From: an uncultured Chloroflexia bacterium
GTDB taxonomy: Bacteria > Chloroflexota > Anaerolineae > JAAYZQ01
Length of the DNA stretch: 64,000 nt
Assembly (NCBI GenBank): GCA_963700285.1
Contig: CAVOXA010000010.1
Span: 2,048,001 to 2,112,000, forward strand
Direction of reading: 5' to 3'
Shown: in pieces, positions 48,531 through 58,851 of the stretch
Layout: the number at the start of each line of letters is the position of its first letter
Position numbering within the stretch: the first letter of the stretch is position 1
Translations under genes and position numbers: made by a program
The notes under the pieces: generated by a model
Told to the model about the DNA's origin: nothing
Database searches by the model: none
What the model saw: only the letters and a program-made list of their open reading frames with translations

Positions 48531-49370
48531 ATGGCAGAACCCGCCTGGAAGCGCTACCTGACCGACTATAACGAAGGCCTGGGCTTGGTCTACGAGCGCT
48601 TTGTGCTCAACGATTTCCTGCTGGCCTTGCGGGAGGAACACGAGGTCGAGACGGTACTCGAAGCGCCGCTATTCGGCATGGCCGGCGTCTCGGGCATCAA
48701 CAGCGTGGCTCTCGCCCAGGCAGGCGCCCGTGTCACCCTGGTCGATGATCATGATGAGCGGTTGGCCGCCGTGGAACGGATCTGGGGTGAGTTGGGTCTG
48801 GAAGCGCAGTTCGTTCACCATTCACTGGGGAGCCTGCTACCTTTCCCTGACGGTACCTTTGACCTGACCTGGAACTGGGCCGCGCTGTGGTACCTGGAGG
48901 ATCCGGAAACCCTGTTGCGCGAGTTGGTCCGCACGTCAAAGCGCGTCGTCTTTGTGGCCATGCCCAACCGCGTCCAGGTGGGCTATCTCCTGCGCAAGTA
49001 CCTGCTTGAGCGCGACTTTGTGAAGCAGGTTGATGAGAGCTGGGCCGACATCGGTCGCATTCGCCGTGTGCTGGAGGGCGCCGGTCTGCGCATCGTGCGC
49101 CAGGGGGTGCTGGATGTCCCCCCCTGGCCCGACACGGTCATGCCTGCTTCGGAGGTACTGCAGCGGTTGGGCATCAAATCAAAGGTACTGGAAGGGCAGT
49201 TCAGCGGTGATAGTTGGCAGTGGAGCACCATGGCCTACTATCTGGACCAGGAGCCGGACCTCTATGACCGGGTGATGCGCTACGCTTGGCTTGACCAGGC
49301 CAGGATTCCCTGGCGGGTAAAGGCGGTATGGGCCCACCACCGCTACCTTGTAGGAGTGACAGAGTTCTAG
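48531..49370 (+). CDS. Class I SAM-dependent methyltransferase-like protein
   Basis: VTLVDD, LPFPDGTFDLTWN.AAL, LRELVRTSKR.VFV.MPN; atypical motif I. Confidence 0.78.
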   Translation: MAEPAWKRYLTDYNEGLGLVYERFVLNDFLLALREEHEVETVLEAPLFGMAGVSGINSVALAQAGARVTLVDDHDERLAAVERIWGELGLEAQFVHHSLGSLLPFPDGTFDLTWNWAALWYLEDPETLLRELVRTSKRVVFVAMPNRVQVGYLLRKYLLERDFVKQVDESWADIGRIRRVLEGAGLRIVRQGVLDVPPWPDTVMPASEVLQRLGIKSKVLEGQFSGDSWQWSTMAYYLDQEPDLYDRVMRYAWLDQARIPWRVKAVWAHHRYLVGVTEF

Positions 49371-49430
49371 GGGAGCCAGGGGGGCGGCAACCAGGCTGGC
49401 TCTTTGTCCCCTCTCCCCCTCTTATCAGCC

Positions 49431-52214
49431 ATGTCCAGAATCTCGCGCGTTCACATCTGGATCCACCTTGGTATCCTGGCCCTGTACGCCGTCCTGGCTG
49501 TAGTCCTGACCTGGCCCCTGGGCAGGTACCTGGGCACACACGTACCGGGCAGCTATACCTGGGCTTTCGACGAGTATACCTTTCTGTGGAATACCTGGTG
49601 GTTCCGCTACACCCTCTTTGATCTGGGGCAGAATCCCCTCACCTCTACCTATACCTTCTACCCGCTGGGCATCAGCCTGGCATTCTATACCTATAACCTG
49701 TTCAATGCCATCATCTCTCTACCGCTCCAGCCATTCTTGTCCCTGCCAGCCATCAGCAACCTTATTTTTCTATTCGCCACGGTCTTCTCTGGCTATGGTA
49801 CATTCCTGCTGGTCAATCACCTCCTCAACACCCACCAACACGCAACACGCAACACGCGTCGCGTAACGCGCATCATGGTTCTCGCATCCTTCCTGGCTGG
49901 CCTCACATACGCTTTTGGCTCCTTCCGCATGATCTATGCCGCCATCGGCCACTACAATCTGTGGAGCACGACCTGGATTCCGTTTTACGCTCTGTACCTG
50001 ACAAAGACGGTGGGCGAGACCCGCCTGCGCAACGCTGTCCTGGGGGCCTTCTTCCTGTTCTTTGCCCTACTGTGCGATCTGCAGTTCGGCGTCTTTCTGG
50101 GATTGCTCACGCTGCTCGTGGTCGCCTTTGCCTTGCTGGGCCGGGATCGGAGGGCTGTGGCCGGGGGCGCGTCCGGCCTTCTCAAAAGGCTGGGGATACT
50201 GGCTCTGGTGACCCTCATTCTATCCCTGCCCATCCTGCTCCCGGTCTTGCGTGAGACCTTTGGCGGCTATGAGCTCGCCGGCTGGGGTGATGCTGAAAAG
50301 CTTTCGGTGGATCTGGTGGGTCTGGTGACTCCCACGGCGCTGCACCCTCTGGGCGGCGACTGGGCCGAAACGTTGCAGCAGACCCGTGAGGGCACAGCAC
50401 GCTTCCGAGATATAAACACCCTATTTCTTGGTTGGGCAGGGCTGACCCTGGCCTTGATCGGCGCCGCTCTCTACTGGCGGCAGCTCAAAGTTTGGATTGC
50501 CAGTTTTGTCATCTTTGCCGTCCTGAGCCTGGGTCCCCTGCTGCAGATCACTGGCCGCTCTACCTTTGACCTGGACGGATTGATCGTTAACGTTCCCCTG
50601 CCCTTCATCCTGCTGCACTATGTTCCCCTGGTCAAGGCCAACCGCGTCCCCAACCGCTTTGGTGTGCTCGTGATGCTTGCCCTGGCAGTGCTGGCCGGAT
50701 TCGGCGCCTATTGGCTCCTCAAGAAAGCGGCCGGCAGCAGGCGATCGGCGGCGAGCGCGTTCGCCGGCATAGGCGTTGTCTTGCTGGCCGGTCTCTTGCT
50801 TTTTGACCACTGGTCTGTTCCGCTGCCCCTGACCGACGCGCGAATTCCGCCCGCCTATGAACAGGTTGCCCTAGACGAAGGAGATTTTGCTATCCTCCAA
50901 CTGCCGATGGGCTGGCGCAATGGCTTTGGCGTCCAGGGTGCCGAAAGTACCCAAACACAGTACTATCAGTCCTACCACAATAAACGGCTGCTATCGGGCA
51001 ATATTTCCCGCAACCCGCCCTTCAAGTTCGACTACTTCCGGCGGGTTCCGATCCTGGAGTCGCTCATTTCCATCCAGACCTACGGCAAGGTAGACACCGC
51101 GCGCCGGACTGCTGACCGGGCCACGGCCGGCGAGTTCACGAGCTTCTATGACATCCGCTACGTAGCTGTCGCCCCGGGCATACCTGGCCGCCCGCCCTAC
51201 GTCGATACCCGCGATGATGCCATAGCCTACCTTGAAGAGGTACTGCCGATAGAGAAGGTGTATGAGCAGGACGGCTGGCTTCTCTACCGGGTGGAGCAGC
51301 CGCCCCTGCCGGTTGTCGTCACAGTGGATTTTGGGGCGCGGGAGCCACTGACGGCAATGGCCCTGGGCGCAGGCTGGTCCGAAGCCGAGCAGATCGAGGG
51401 GGCCAGCGCCAACTGGGCCGTCGATCAGGATGCCCAGATCTTTCTTCCGGCTGCCGGAGACGCGGACTATCGCCTGACGGTGACCGCCCTGCCCTTTGAC
51501 TATCCCGGTGCCCCAGAGCAGGGCATGGTCCCCCAGATCAATGGCCTCCGCCTGCAACGGATCGCGGCGTCCTCGGGCTGGAACGCATATGCCTGGGAGG
51601 TACCCGGCAGCATTTTGAAGGAAGGACTCAACGAGCTTCACTTCGAGTTCGACCGTCTGGATGCACCGGTTGATGTACTACCCGGCAGTGGCGTCATTGG
51701 CACGACTGGGGTTCGGGCCCCTACGGCCATCGAGGTGAACAGCAACGGCCCAGCAGACCTTGCTTTTATCACCGTAGGAACTGGAAATGACGCTGAGGAT
51801 GGCTCCGCCCATCGGCCTGGCTACAACGTAGCCGTTGTCGATGCCAGGTCGGGCAAGATGCTGGACCACCAGGGCTTTGACACGACCCCCACAGGGAATC
51901 CATCGGAAAGCCTCGCACTGGCAAGTTTTTTGAATGGCGTATCCGAAGGGCAGATCGTTGCCGTCGCCCTGCAGGGTAATGGCGCGGCCCATCTCACCAG
52001 CGAGGCCGTGGCGGCACTACATTCCGTCGGCGGACAGGCTGATCCCCAAGGAAGCAACGGCTGGTCACACGCCATCATTGGCGTCAAGGGTGCGGCGCCC
52101 GGCACGGCGATGGAAGCCGCCGGCCCAGATAGCAGTTGGCTGCGCGTTGCCCCGGATCGGCGAACCCTGGCCATCGCCGTAGACACGGTGCGCTGGGAAC
52201 AGATGGGCGAATGA
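49431..52214 (+). CDS. Multi-pass GT-C/YfhO-like membrane protein with a C-terminal ILEI/PANDER-like domain
   Basis: About 13 hydrophobic segments; D...F.WN.WW, FYPLG.SL, R.P.RF; C-terminal GYNVAVVD...FDT...L..FL..V..G.IVAVA...AIIG.KG; alternative start 49404. Confidence 0.75.
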   Translation: MSRISRVHIWIHLGILALYAVLAVVLTWPLGRYLGTHVPGSYTWAFDEYTFLWNTWWFRYTLFDLGQNPLTSTYTFYPLGISLAFYTYNLFNAIISLPLQPFLSLPAISNLIFLFATVFSGYGTFLLVNHLLNTHQHATRNTRRVTRIMVLASFLAGLTYAFGSFRMIYAAIGHYNLWSTTWIPFYALYLTKTVGETRLRNAVLGAFFLFFALLCDLQFGVFLGLLTLLVVAFALLGRDRRAVAGGASGLLKRLGILALVTLILSLPILLPVLRETFGGYELAGWGDAEKLSVDLVGLVTPTALHPLGGDWAETLQQTREGTARFRDINTLFLGWAGLTLALIGAALYWRQLKVWIASFVIFAVLSLGPLLQITGRSTFDLDGLIVNVPLPFILLHYVPLVKANRVPNRFGVLVMLALAVLAGFGAYWLLKKAAGSRRSAASAFAGIGVVLLAGLLLFDHWSVPLPLTDARIPPAYEQVALDEGDFAILQLPMGWRNGFGVQGAESTQTQYYQSYHNKRLLSGNISRNPPFKFDYFRRVPILESLISIQTYGKVDTARRTADRATAGEFTSFYDIRYVAVAPGIPGRPPYVDTRDDAIAYLEEVLPIEKVYEQDGWLLYRVEQPPLPVVVTVDFGAREPLTAMALGAGWSEAEQIEGASANWAVDQDAQIFLPAAGDADYRLTVTALPFDYPGAPEQGMVPQINGLRLQRIAASSGWNAYAWEVPGSILKEGLNELHFEFDRLDAPVDVLPGSGVIGTTGVRAPTAIEVNSNGPADLAFITVGTGNDAEDGSAHRPGYNVAVVDARSGKMLDHQGFDTTPTGNPSESLALASFLNGVSEGQIVAVALQGNGAAHLTSEAVAALHSVGGQADPQGSNGWSHAIIGVKGAAPGTAMEAAGPDSSWLRVAPDRRTLAIAVDTVRWEQMGE

Positions 52215-54529
52215 ACGGTAGGAACCGATGGCGGCTGCTCGACTGGTTGGTGGCAGCCCTGCTCGGGACTGGTTCGTTTGTTCTGTACGCCTCGACCCTG
52301 GCTCCAACGGTTCTGTCGGGGGACGGCGGCGAATTCCAATTCGTGCCTTACCTGCTGGGTGTGGCCCACCCTACCGGTTATCCTCTCTATACCTTGCTGG
52401 GCTGGATCTGGTCCCGCTTGTTGCCCATAGGCGATATCGCCTATCGCATGAACCTCTTTTCCGCCTTCTGGGCAGCGCTGGCGGTCGCGTTGCTCTATCC
52501 CACGGCCAGGGTATTGTTGCGATCTGCGCTCCCCGTCTTGCCTCCCTGCATCCAGCGCTTGGTCGCGGTCCTGGCCGCCGCGACCTTTGCCCTGACGCCC
52601 ACGCTCTGGTCGCAGGCCGTCATCGCTGAGGTTTATAGCCTCCAGACATGCCTACTCGTGGCACTCATCTATCTGCTCCTGGCCTGGGCTGGGCGTCGCG
52701 ATTCCCGCTTCCTGCTGCTCTCTGCCTTTGCTTTCGGGCTCGGCCTGGCCCACCACAGTACCACCATCCTTTTCGCCCCGGCTATTCTGGTCTACCTGTG
52801 GCTGGTCGATCGGCGGGTCTTTTACGACTGGCGCCTGATCCTGAAGGCACTATTGCTTCTGGTCATGCCTCTGGCCCTTTATCTGCTCATCCCGCTGCGC
52901 GCTCCTCACACACCCTACCTCGAATTGCCGCTGGCACATGGCCGTACCCTGTTGCTCTATGAGAACAGCCTGACGAACTTTGTACATTTTGTCCTGGGCG
53001 GACCCTTCGGTGGGTCGCTGGATCTTTCGGTGGATCTGGGCCAGCGAGTGGCCATGGCCGTAGGATTCCTCCGTAACGAGATGGGCTGGGTTGGCCTCAT
53101 CATGGCGCTGACTGGCGTGGGATGTTTGGCATATAGGCGCAAGTGGGCCTTGCTGGGACTGACCGGGCTGGCTTACCTGGCCTCCGTGGCCTTCAATCTG
53201 TTCTATACCATCGGTGATATCTATGTACTGTTCATCCCCTCCTACCTCCTGCTCATCCTCTGGATGGCAGTCGGCGCAGCTTGCCTGGTCACGTCACTGC
53301 TGTCCAAGCCCATAACCGCGGCCCTCCTGGTGGCGCTTCTTTTCGCGCTTCCACTGTGGGCGGCGGCATCTCGATACCCCGACGCTGACCAGAGCCGGAA
53401 CAGGCAAGCCCGTACCCGCTGGGAGGCGATCCTGGCCGAGCCACTGCCTCCCGGCGCCGTGCTTGTCAGCAATGACCGCAACGACATGATGCCCATGTGG
53501 TATTTCCAGTACGTGGATGGGGTACGGCCCGACCTCCTGGGTCTCTTTCCCCTCATCACACCCGAGTATCCCACTTTGGGCCACGTCCTCGACCTGGCCC
53601 TGAGCACTGGCCGCCCTGTATACCTTATCAAGGAGATGCCGGGAGTAGAGGCCAAAGTCAACCTTGAAGCTGAGGATGGTCTGTGGCGGGTCACGGAGCC
53701 AGCAGCAGAAAGTGAACCGGCCTATTCCAGTGGCGCCCATCTGGCAGACGCGGTAGCCCTGGTTGGAACCGATCGCTCGCCCCGCGGCCCCCAGCCCGGC
53801 GAGACGCTGCAGGTCACGCTCTATTGGCAAGCCCTGCGCCCGCTGGAGGCACAGTACCACTCGTTCGTGCACTTGCGGGATACCCAAGGCCAGGTCTTGT
53901 CCCAGAGCGACAGGCAGCCGGGCGGCGTGCACTATCCCACTTCCCTGTGGCGGCCGGGGGAGCGGCTGCGCGACGACCATGTCCTGGCCATACCCGCCGA
54001 TGCACCAGCCGGCGTCTACGAGTTGTGGGTGGGCATGTACTCTCTCTCCAATGACGGCGCCCTGGAACCGCTGGGTCAGCCGGTTATCGCGGGCCAGGTG
54101 GCCATCAAGACCAGTACGCAGACCGAGCCCGGCCCCATCAGCGAGCCGGCCAACGCGAGCTTTGGCGACCAGATCGAGCTGATGGGCTATGATGCCGTGG
54201 TACTGGAGGGCATGCTGGGAGTTGTACTGCACTGGCGCGGCATCGAGCCACCCAGGGCTGACTATACCGTGTTTGTACACCTGGTGGATGCCAATGGTCA
54301 GGTCGTTGCCCAGCACGACGGCCAGCCACAGGATGGCGCCTATCCCTCCTCTGTTTGGGATACAAATGAAGTCGTAAGAGACGAGCACGTACTGCTCTTG
54401 CCATCGGATCTCCCCGACGGTGACTACTTTCTCCGAGTGGGCTTGTACTTCCTGGAGACCGGCGCACGGCTACCGGTAGATGGGGACAGTGATAGCCTCG
54501 AACTCGGTCCATTAAACGTGAAGGAGTGA
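52211..54529 (+). CDS. DUF2723 / TMEM260-like putative protein O-mannosyltransferase with two C-terminal Ig-like domains
   Basis: TLAPTVLSGDGGEFQ...LGVAHPTGYPLY, AYRMNLFSA, WSQAVIAEVY; twice 'LxW...Y..FVHL.D..G...Q.D..P..G..P...W'; ATGA overlap with the upstream gene. Confidence 0.88.
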   Translation: MNGRNRWRLLDWLVAALLGTGSFVLYASTLAPTVLSGDGGEFQFVPYLLGVAHPTGYPLYTLLGWIWSRLLPIGDIAYRMNLFSAFWAALAVALLYPTARVLLRSALPVLPPCIQRLVAVLAAATFALTPTLWSQAVIAEVYSLQTCLLVALIYLLLAWAGRRDSRFLLLSAFAFGLGLAHHSTTILFAPAILVYLWLVDRRVFYDWRLILKALLLLVMPLALYLLIPLRAPHTPYLELPLAHGRTLLLYENSLTNFVHFVLGGPFGGSLDLSVDLGQRVAMAVGFLRNEMGWVGLIMALTGVGCLAYRRKWALLGLTGLAYLASVAFNLFYTIGDIYVLFIPSYLLLILWMAVGAACLVTSLLSKPITAALLVALLFALPLWAAASRYPDADQSRNRQARTRWEAILAEPLPPGAVLVSNDRNDMMPMWYFQYVDGVRPDLLGLFPLITPEYPTLGHVLDLALSTGRPVYLIKEMPGVEAKVNLEAEDGLWRVTEPAAESEPAYSSGAHLADAVALVGTDRSPRGPQPGETLQVTLYWQALRPLEAQYHSFVHLRDTQGQVLSQSDRQPGGVHYPTSLWRPGERLRDDHVLAIPADAPAGVYELWVGMYSLSNDGALEPLGQPVIAGQVAIKTSTQTEPGPISEPANASFGDQIELMGYDAVVLEGMLGVVLHWRGIEPPRADYTVFVHLVDANGQVVAQHDGQPQDGAYPSSVWDTNEVVRDEHVLLLPSDLPDGDYFLRVGLYFLETGARLPVDGDSDSLELGPLNVKE

Positions 54530-54539
54530 ATCGACGATC

Positions 54540-55646
54540 ATGAAGATCTTTTGCCCCGAGTGTGGTAAACGAGAGAACCTGTTAGCGGAACGCTGGCGCT
54601 GTGAATGTGGCGGCGCGTGGGAAACAGAGGAACGAAGCGATTTCGATCCAAAGCTCATCGATGCAGCGGACTCTTCAATATGGCGCTATCGGCGGTTGTA
54701 TGGACTGCCATTTGACACGCCGGCGGTACGTCTGGGTGCTGGAGGCACGCCCTTGCTGCCGGTAGCCATGGAAAGCTGCCAGGTACTGGTCAAGCCCGAG
54801 TACTTTGCGCCCACTGCTTCCTTCAAGGACCGGGGCACAGCCGTGATGATCAATATTCTGGCTCACCAGGGGGTGACACGTGTGGCCGACGATTCGTCGG
54901 GCAACGCGGGGGCTTCCGTGGCGGCCTTTGCCGCTCGTGCGGGCATGCAGGCCGAGGTCTTTGTACCGGCCCACGCCTCGCCCGCCAAGCAAGCGCAGAT
55001 CGCAGTCTATGGCGCCGAGGTGCGGCCCATTGCCGGACCCAGAGTGAATGCGAAACTGGCAGCGCAGGGTGCCGCCGAACAGGGTCTCGTCTACGCTTCC
55101 CACGCCTACCACCCTGGTTTCCTGTTGGGCCAGCAGTCGGTGGCCTGGGAGGTATGGGAGCAATTGGGCCGCCGTGTGCCAGATTGGTACGTGGTACCCG
55201 TGGGACAGGGCGTACATCTCCTTGGCGTGTGGCTGGGATTCCGGCGGCTACGCGCGGCGGGGCTGATCGACCGCCTGCCGAGGCTGGTGGCGGTCCAGGC
55301 AGGACGGCTGGCGCCGCTTTGCCAGGCTTTCGATGCCGGGCTGGAGACGGTACCCGAGGCGGAGGTGACGACTCCCAGCATAGCTGAGGGGCTGGCCATC
55401 GCCCAGCCGGTGCGCGGCCGGCGACTGCTGCAGGCCCTTCGAGAAACGGACGGTACTTGTGTGTCTGTGGAGGAGGAAGCGATCCTGGAGGCCCAGCGCC
55501 AGCTTGCCCATCAGGGCTTTTACACCGAACCCACCAGCGCCACGGCGGTCGCCAGCCTGCCTGTAGTGAGCCGAATCGCAAAGCCAGACGACATCATTGT
55601 CGTTCCGCTGACAGGCAGTGGTCTCAAGGGAGCACCGGCCCTGTAG
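54540..55646 (+). CDS. thrC: Threonine synthase-like PLP enzyme (fold type II)
   Basis: LGAGGTPL, K.EYFAPTASFKDRG, DDSSGNAGAS, VPVGQG, EPTSA, LTGSGLK. Confidence 0.85.
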   Translation: MKIFCPECGKRENLLAERWRCECGGAWETEERSDFDPKLIDAADSSIWRYRRLYGLPFDTPAVRLGAGGTPLLPVAMESCQVLVKPEYFAPTASFKDRGTAVMINILAHQGVTRVADDSSGNAGASVAAFAARAGMQAEVFVPAHASPAKQAQIAVYGAEVRPIAGPRVNAKLAAQGAAEQGLVYASHAYHPGFLLGQQSVAWEVWEQLGRRVPDWYVVPVGQGVHLLGVWLGFRRLRAAGLIDRLPRLVAVQAGRLAPLCQAFDAGLETVPEAEVTTPSIAEGLAIAQPVRGRRLLQALRETDGTCVSVEEEAILEAQRQLAHQGFYTEPTSATAVASLPVVSRIAKPDDIIVVPLTGSGLKGAPAL

Positions 55647-55708
55647 TATCGGGTCCTGGCTCCTTGCTGCGGTTTGTTCCAGCCCTACAGCTATGCTATA
55701 ATCGAGCC

Positions 55709-56914
55709 ATGCGCCTGACCCATCTGTCCCTGCACAACTTTCGTAACTATGTCCGGCTGGAACTGGACCTGGCACCTGGCGTCACCCTCTTGCTGGGTGA
55801 CAATGCCCAGGGCAAGACCAACCTGCTGGAAGCGGTCTATTACCTGGCAACCAGTCGCTCTCCTCACGCCGGCGCCGAGCGTGAATTGGTCAACTGGCTA
55901 GCTGTTGAGGATGAGCCCCTGCCCTATGCCCGCCTGGTGGGCCGGGTAGCGCGGGGATCTAGCGACTTGACCATCGAGATCACCCTCACGCAGCAGGAAA
56001 ACAATGGCGCCCGCTATCGCAAGCAGATACGGCTCAACGGCGTGGCCAAGCGGGCCATGGACCTGCTTGGACAGTTGAACGTTGTGTTTTTTTTACCAGA
56101 GGACATCGCTCTGGTATCCGGATCTCCCGGCCGTCGCCGTCACTACCTGGATGCAACCTTGTGCCAGATCGATCCGGTCTACTGCCGCTCCCTATCCCGT
56201 TACAATCAGATCGTCACCCAGCGCAACGCTTTGCTCCGAGATCTACGGGAGCGGGGTGGAGATCCTGCTCAGTTGGCTTTCTGGAATGAACACCTGGTAG
56301 AACATGGGGCCTACTTGATTTCTCGCCGGCAGGGGGCTCTGGTTTCCTTGGATGAACTGGCCCATGCCATCCACGACGAGCTGACCGAAAGCTCGGAAAG
56401 CTTGCATCTTTCTTATGTGCCCAGCGTGGAACATGCCCAGAGTACCGCGGGAGGGACTGAAAGATTTCAGGATTTAGACGAGGTCAAGGCAGCCTTCAAG
56501 CAGGAACTGCTGGCATTGCGTCGGCGCGAGATCGCCGCCGGAATGACACTCATCGGCCCGCACCGGGACGAGGTTCGTTTTCTGATCAGCGAGATAGATG
56601 CCGGTGTCTATGGTTCGCGGGGACAGCAACGGACGGCCGCCCTATCTCTCAAGCTGGCTGAAGTAGATCTCATGCACCGCGAAACCGGCGAACTCCCTGT
56701 GCTCTTGCTGGATGACGTCCTCTCAGAGCTGGACGTCCACCGCCGCCGCTTTCTGTTGCGCTATTTGAACGATGGCCCTCAGCAGGCGGTCATCAGCGCT
56801 ACAGATTTGGACATCCTCCCAGAAACGTTTCTACGGCGCTGCCAGTTGTGGCACGTCCAGATGGGGCGGCTGAGCAAGACAGACCCAAAGATATCCGATG
56901 CGCAGGATCTGTAG
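55709..56914 (+). CDS. recF: DNA replication/repair protein RecF
   Basis: NFRNY, GDNAQGKTNLLEA, GPHRDE, GSRGQQR, LLLDDVLSELD. Confidence 0.97.
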   Translation: MRLTHLSLHNFRNYVRLELDLAPGVTLLLGDNAQGKTNLLEAVYYLATSRSPHAGAERELVNWLAVEDEPLPYARLVGRVARGSSDLTIEITLTQQENNGARYRKQIRLNGVAKRAMDLLGQLNVVFFLPEDIALVSGSPGRRRHYLDATLCQIDPVYCRSLSRYNQIVTQRNALLRDLRERGGDPAQLAFWNEHLVEHGAYLISRRQGALVSLDELAHAIHDELTESSESLHLSYVPSVEHAQSTAGGTERFQDLDEVKAAFKQELLALRRREIAAGMTLIGPHRDEVRFLISEIDAGVYGSRGQQRTAALSLKLAEVDLMHRETGELPVLLLDDVLSELDVHRRRFLLRYLNDGPQQAVISATDLDILPETFLRRCQLWHVQMGRLSKTDPKISDAQDL

Positions 56915-57009
56915 ATAGGGGAGAAAAAAGGGGCAGCGACCGCGCCCCGGCGCGGCCAGCAGCCCCGTTTGGATCCGAATGCATCCAAAAGCCAGGAGCC
57001 CAGATCTGG

Positions 57010-57339
57010 CTAGCCCCACTTGCCTTTGTTCATGTGGCCCTGCAGCTCAGCCTTTATGGACTGCTGCAGGAACTCGGCCTCTTCCACTGCTTTCTTGAAG
57101 ATCTTGACGCAATTGGGATCGAGATTGTCGTCAATGCCATCTTCGGCCACATCCATGACCTGCTCGAGCAACACGTAGAGCTGCATGTGCAGGTTGTTCG
57201 TAAAGCGGGAGCGCTCAACGGTGTCCATGGCCTTCTCGTCCAGCCTGGTGAACTTTTCCCTGGGAGCGCCACACTTTGGACACTTGTTAGGCGCCTCCTC
57301 CCCATTCCACATGAACCCACACGAACCACACTGCCACAT
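57010..57339 (-). CDS. Rubredoxin-like domain plus helical domain protein
   Basis: WQCGSCG...APNKCPKCGAPREKF; DDNLDPNC...GH..KGKWG; GGAGGTG RBS. Confidence 0.88.
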   Translation of the reverse strand: MWQCGSCGFMWNGEEAPNKCPKCGAPREKFTRLDEKAMDTVERSRFTNNLHMQLYVLLEQVMDVAEDGIDDNLDPNCVKIFKKAVEEAEFLQQSIKAELQGHMNKGKWG

Positions 57340-57405
57340 CCTCACACCTCCTGATAGGTTTTTTTGATCTCCTCACCTCCTGAGAGGTGGCAGATGCTTT
57401 CTCGC

Positions 57406-58851
57406 TTAATAGGCTCCCTCACCCAAGAGAACCTTGGGTACGGTCCGAAGCAGGATTTGCAAATCTAGAGCGGGGGACCAGTTTTCAATGTAGTACAGGT
57501 CTAACAAGACCATCTCGTCAAACGTCAACTCGCTGCGCCCCGAGACCTGCCACATACCTGTGATCCCCGGGGCCACTTCCAGCCGCCGCTTATGCCAGGG
57601 CTGATAGCGCTGCACTTCGGACGGGGGCGCAGGGCGAGGGCCAACCAGGCTCATATGTCCCATTAGCACATTGATCAGTTGTGGCAGTTCGTCCAGACTG
57701 GTGCGTCGCAGAAAACGGCCCACAGATGTGATACGAGGGTCATTCCTGATCTTGAATATCGGACCATCCGCTTCATTCTGATCCAGCAGCTTGTCCTTTT
57801 CTTGCTCCGCGCCCTCTCGCATAGACCGGAACTTGTAGCAGGCGAACAACTGCTCATCCTTCCCCACACGGATCTGCCGAAAAAGAACTGAGCCGGGGGA
57901 ATCGATCCGGATCATCAGCCCAATCAGGAGGAAAAGCGGAAAGAGCACAATGAGCCCCACCAGGGCCACGACAACGTCCATCGTCCTCTTGAATAGCCTG
58001 GCGCTGCTGCTGATCGAGATCTCCCGGACACCAATCATGGGGATGCCGCCTAGATCCTCCACATCCAAATGGCTCAGCGTCATCTGAAAAATGTCGGGAA
58101 CAATGCGAACGCGTATCCTCTCCCGCTCGCACTGGGCGATGATGCTGACGATCTTGCGATGGTACATCCATGGCAGCGTAACGATTACTTCGTCGATGCG
58201 CTGCCGCTTGACCAAGCTCGGGATGTCTGCAGTATTGCCCAATCCTGCAAAGCGCCCTATGTTCGAACTGCCCTTGTCTGGATCATCGTCTACAAAGCCA
58301 ACGATCTGATAGCCCAGAATCGGATGTGCAACGATGTTGCGCATCACCGTGCGTCCCACCTCACCAGCGCCAACGATGAGCAATCGATCCACACCTTGTC
58401 CCTTTTTGCGCAGGTAATTGCGCACCATGCGCTTCCCCAAGCGGCTGATACTCAAAAAGATGATGATCAATACACCACCATAGAAGAAGATCAGCCTGGA
58501 GTAGAAAAGGGGACGGAAGAAAATCACGATGACGAAAACCATGAGGATGATGCCCGTCGCTGTGCCCGTCAACAAAAGGTAGACTTCGTCGAACCAAGAG
58601 GCGCCCCGGGGCTGGTTGTACACCCCGCTCAACTTGTAGATGCCCAGCAGCAGCACTGTCAAAGCGATGGCAATGGGGACAAACTGCCTGAGGGGAACAA
58701 AGTATGCCTCGTCCACTGAGGCAAAGAGCTGTAAATCATATCGCAGCCAATAGGCTATGACGAAGGCCAGGTTGATAAGCAAAACATCCGTCACGGCCAC
58801 GCCTATGGAAAACAGCCGCCGGTAGCGCTCAAACACGGCTTCCGCCTCCAT
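57406..58851 (-). CDS. Undecaprenyl-phosphate sugar phosphotransferase (WcaJ/CpsE-like)
   Basis: [62 protein letters not shown]. Confidence 0.95.
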   Translation of the reverse strand: MEAEAVFERYRRLFSIGVAVTDVLLINLAFVIAYWLRYDLQLFASVDEAYFVPLRQFVPIAIALTVLLLGIYKLSGVYNQPRGASWFDEVYLLLTGTATGIILMVFVIVIFFRPLFYSRLIFFYGGVLIIIFLSISRLGKRMVRNYLRKKGQGVDRLLIVGAGEVGRTVMRNIVAHPILGYQIVGFVDDDPDKGSSNIGRFAGLGNTADIPSLVKRQRIDEVIVTLPWMYHRKIVSIIAQCERERIRVRIVPDIFQMTLSHLDVEDLGGIPMIGVREISISSSARLFKRTMDVVVALVGLIVLFPLFLLIGLMIRIDSPGSVLFRQIRVGKDEQLFACYKFRSMREGAEQEKDKLLDQNEADGPIFKIRNDPRITSVGRFLRRTSLDELPQLINVLMGHMSLVGPRPAPPSEVQRYQPWHKRRLEVAPGITGMWQVSGRSELTFDEMVLLDLYYIENWSPALDLQILLRTVPKVLLGEGAY

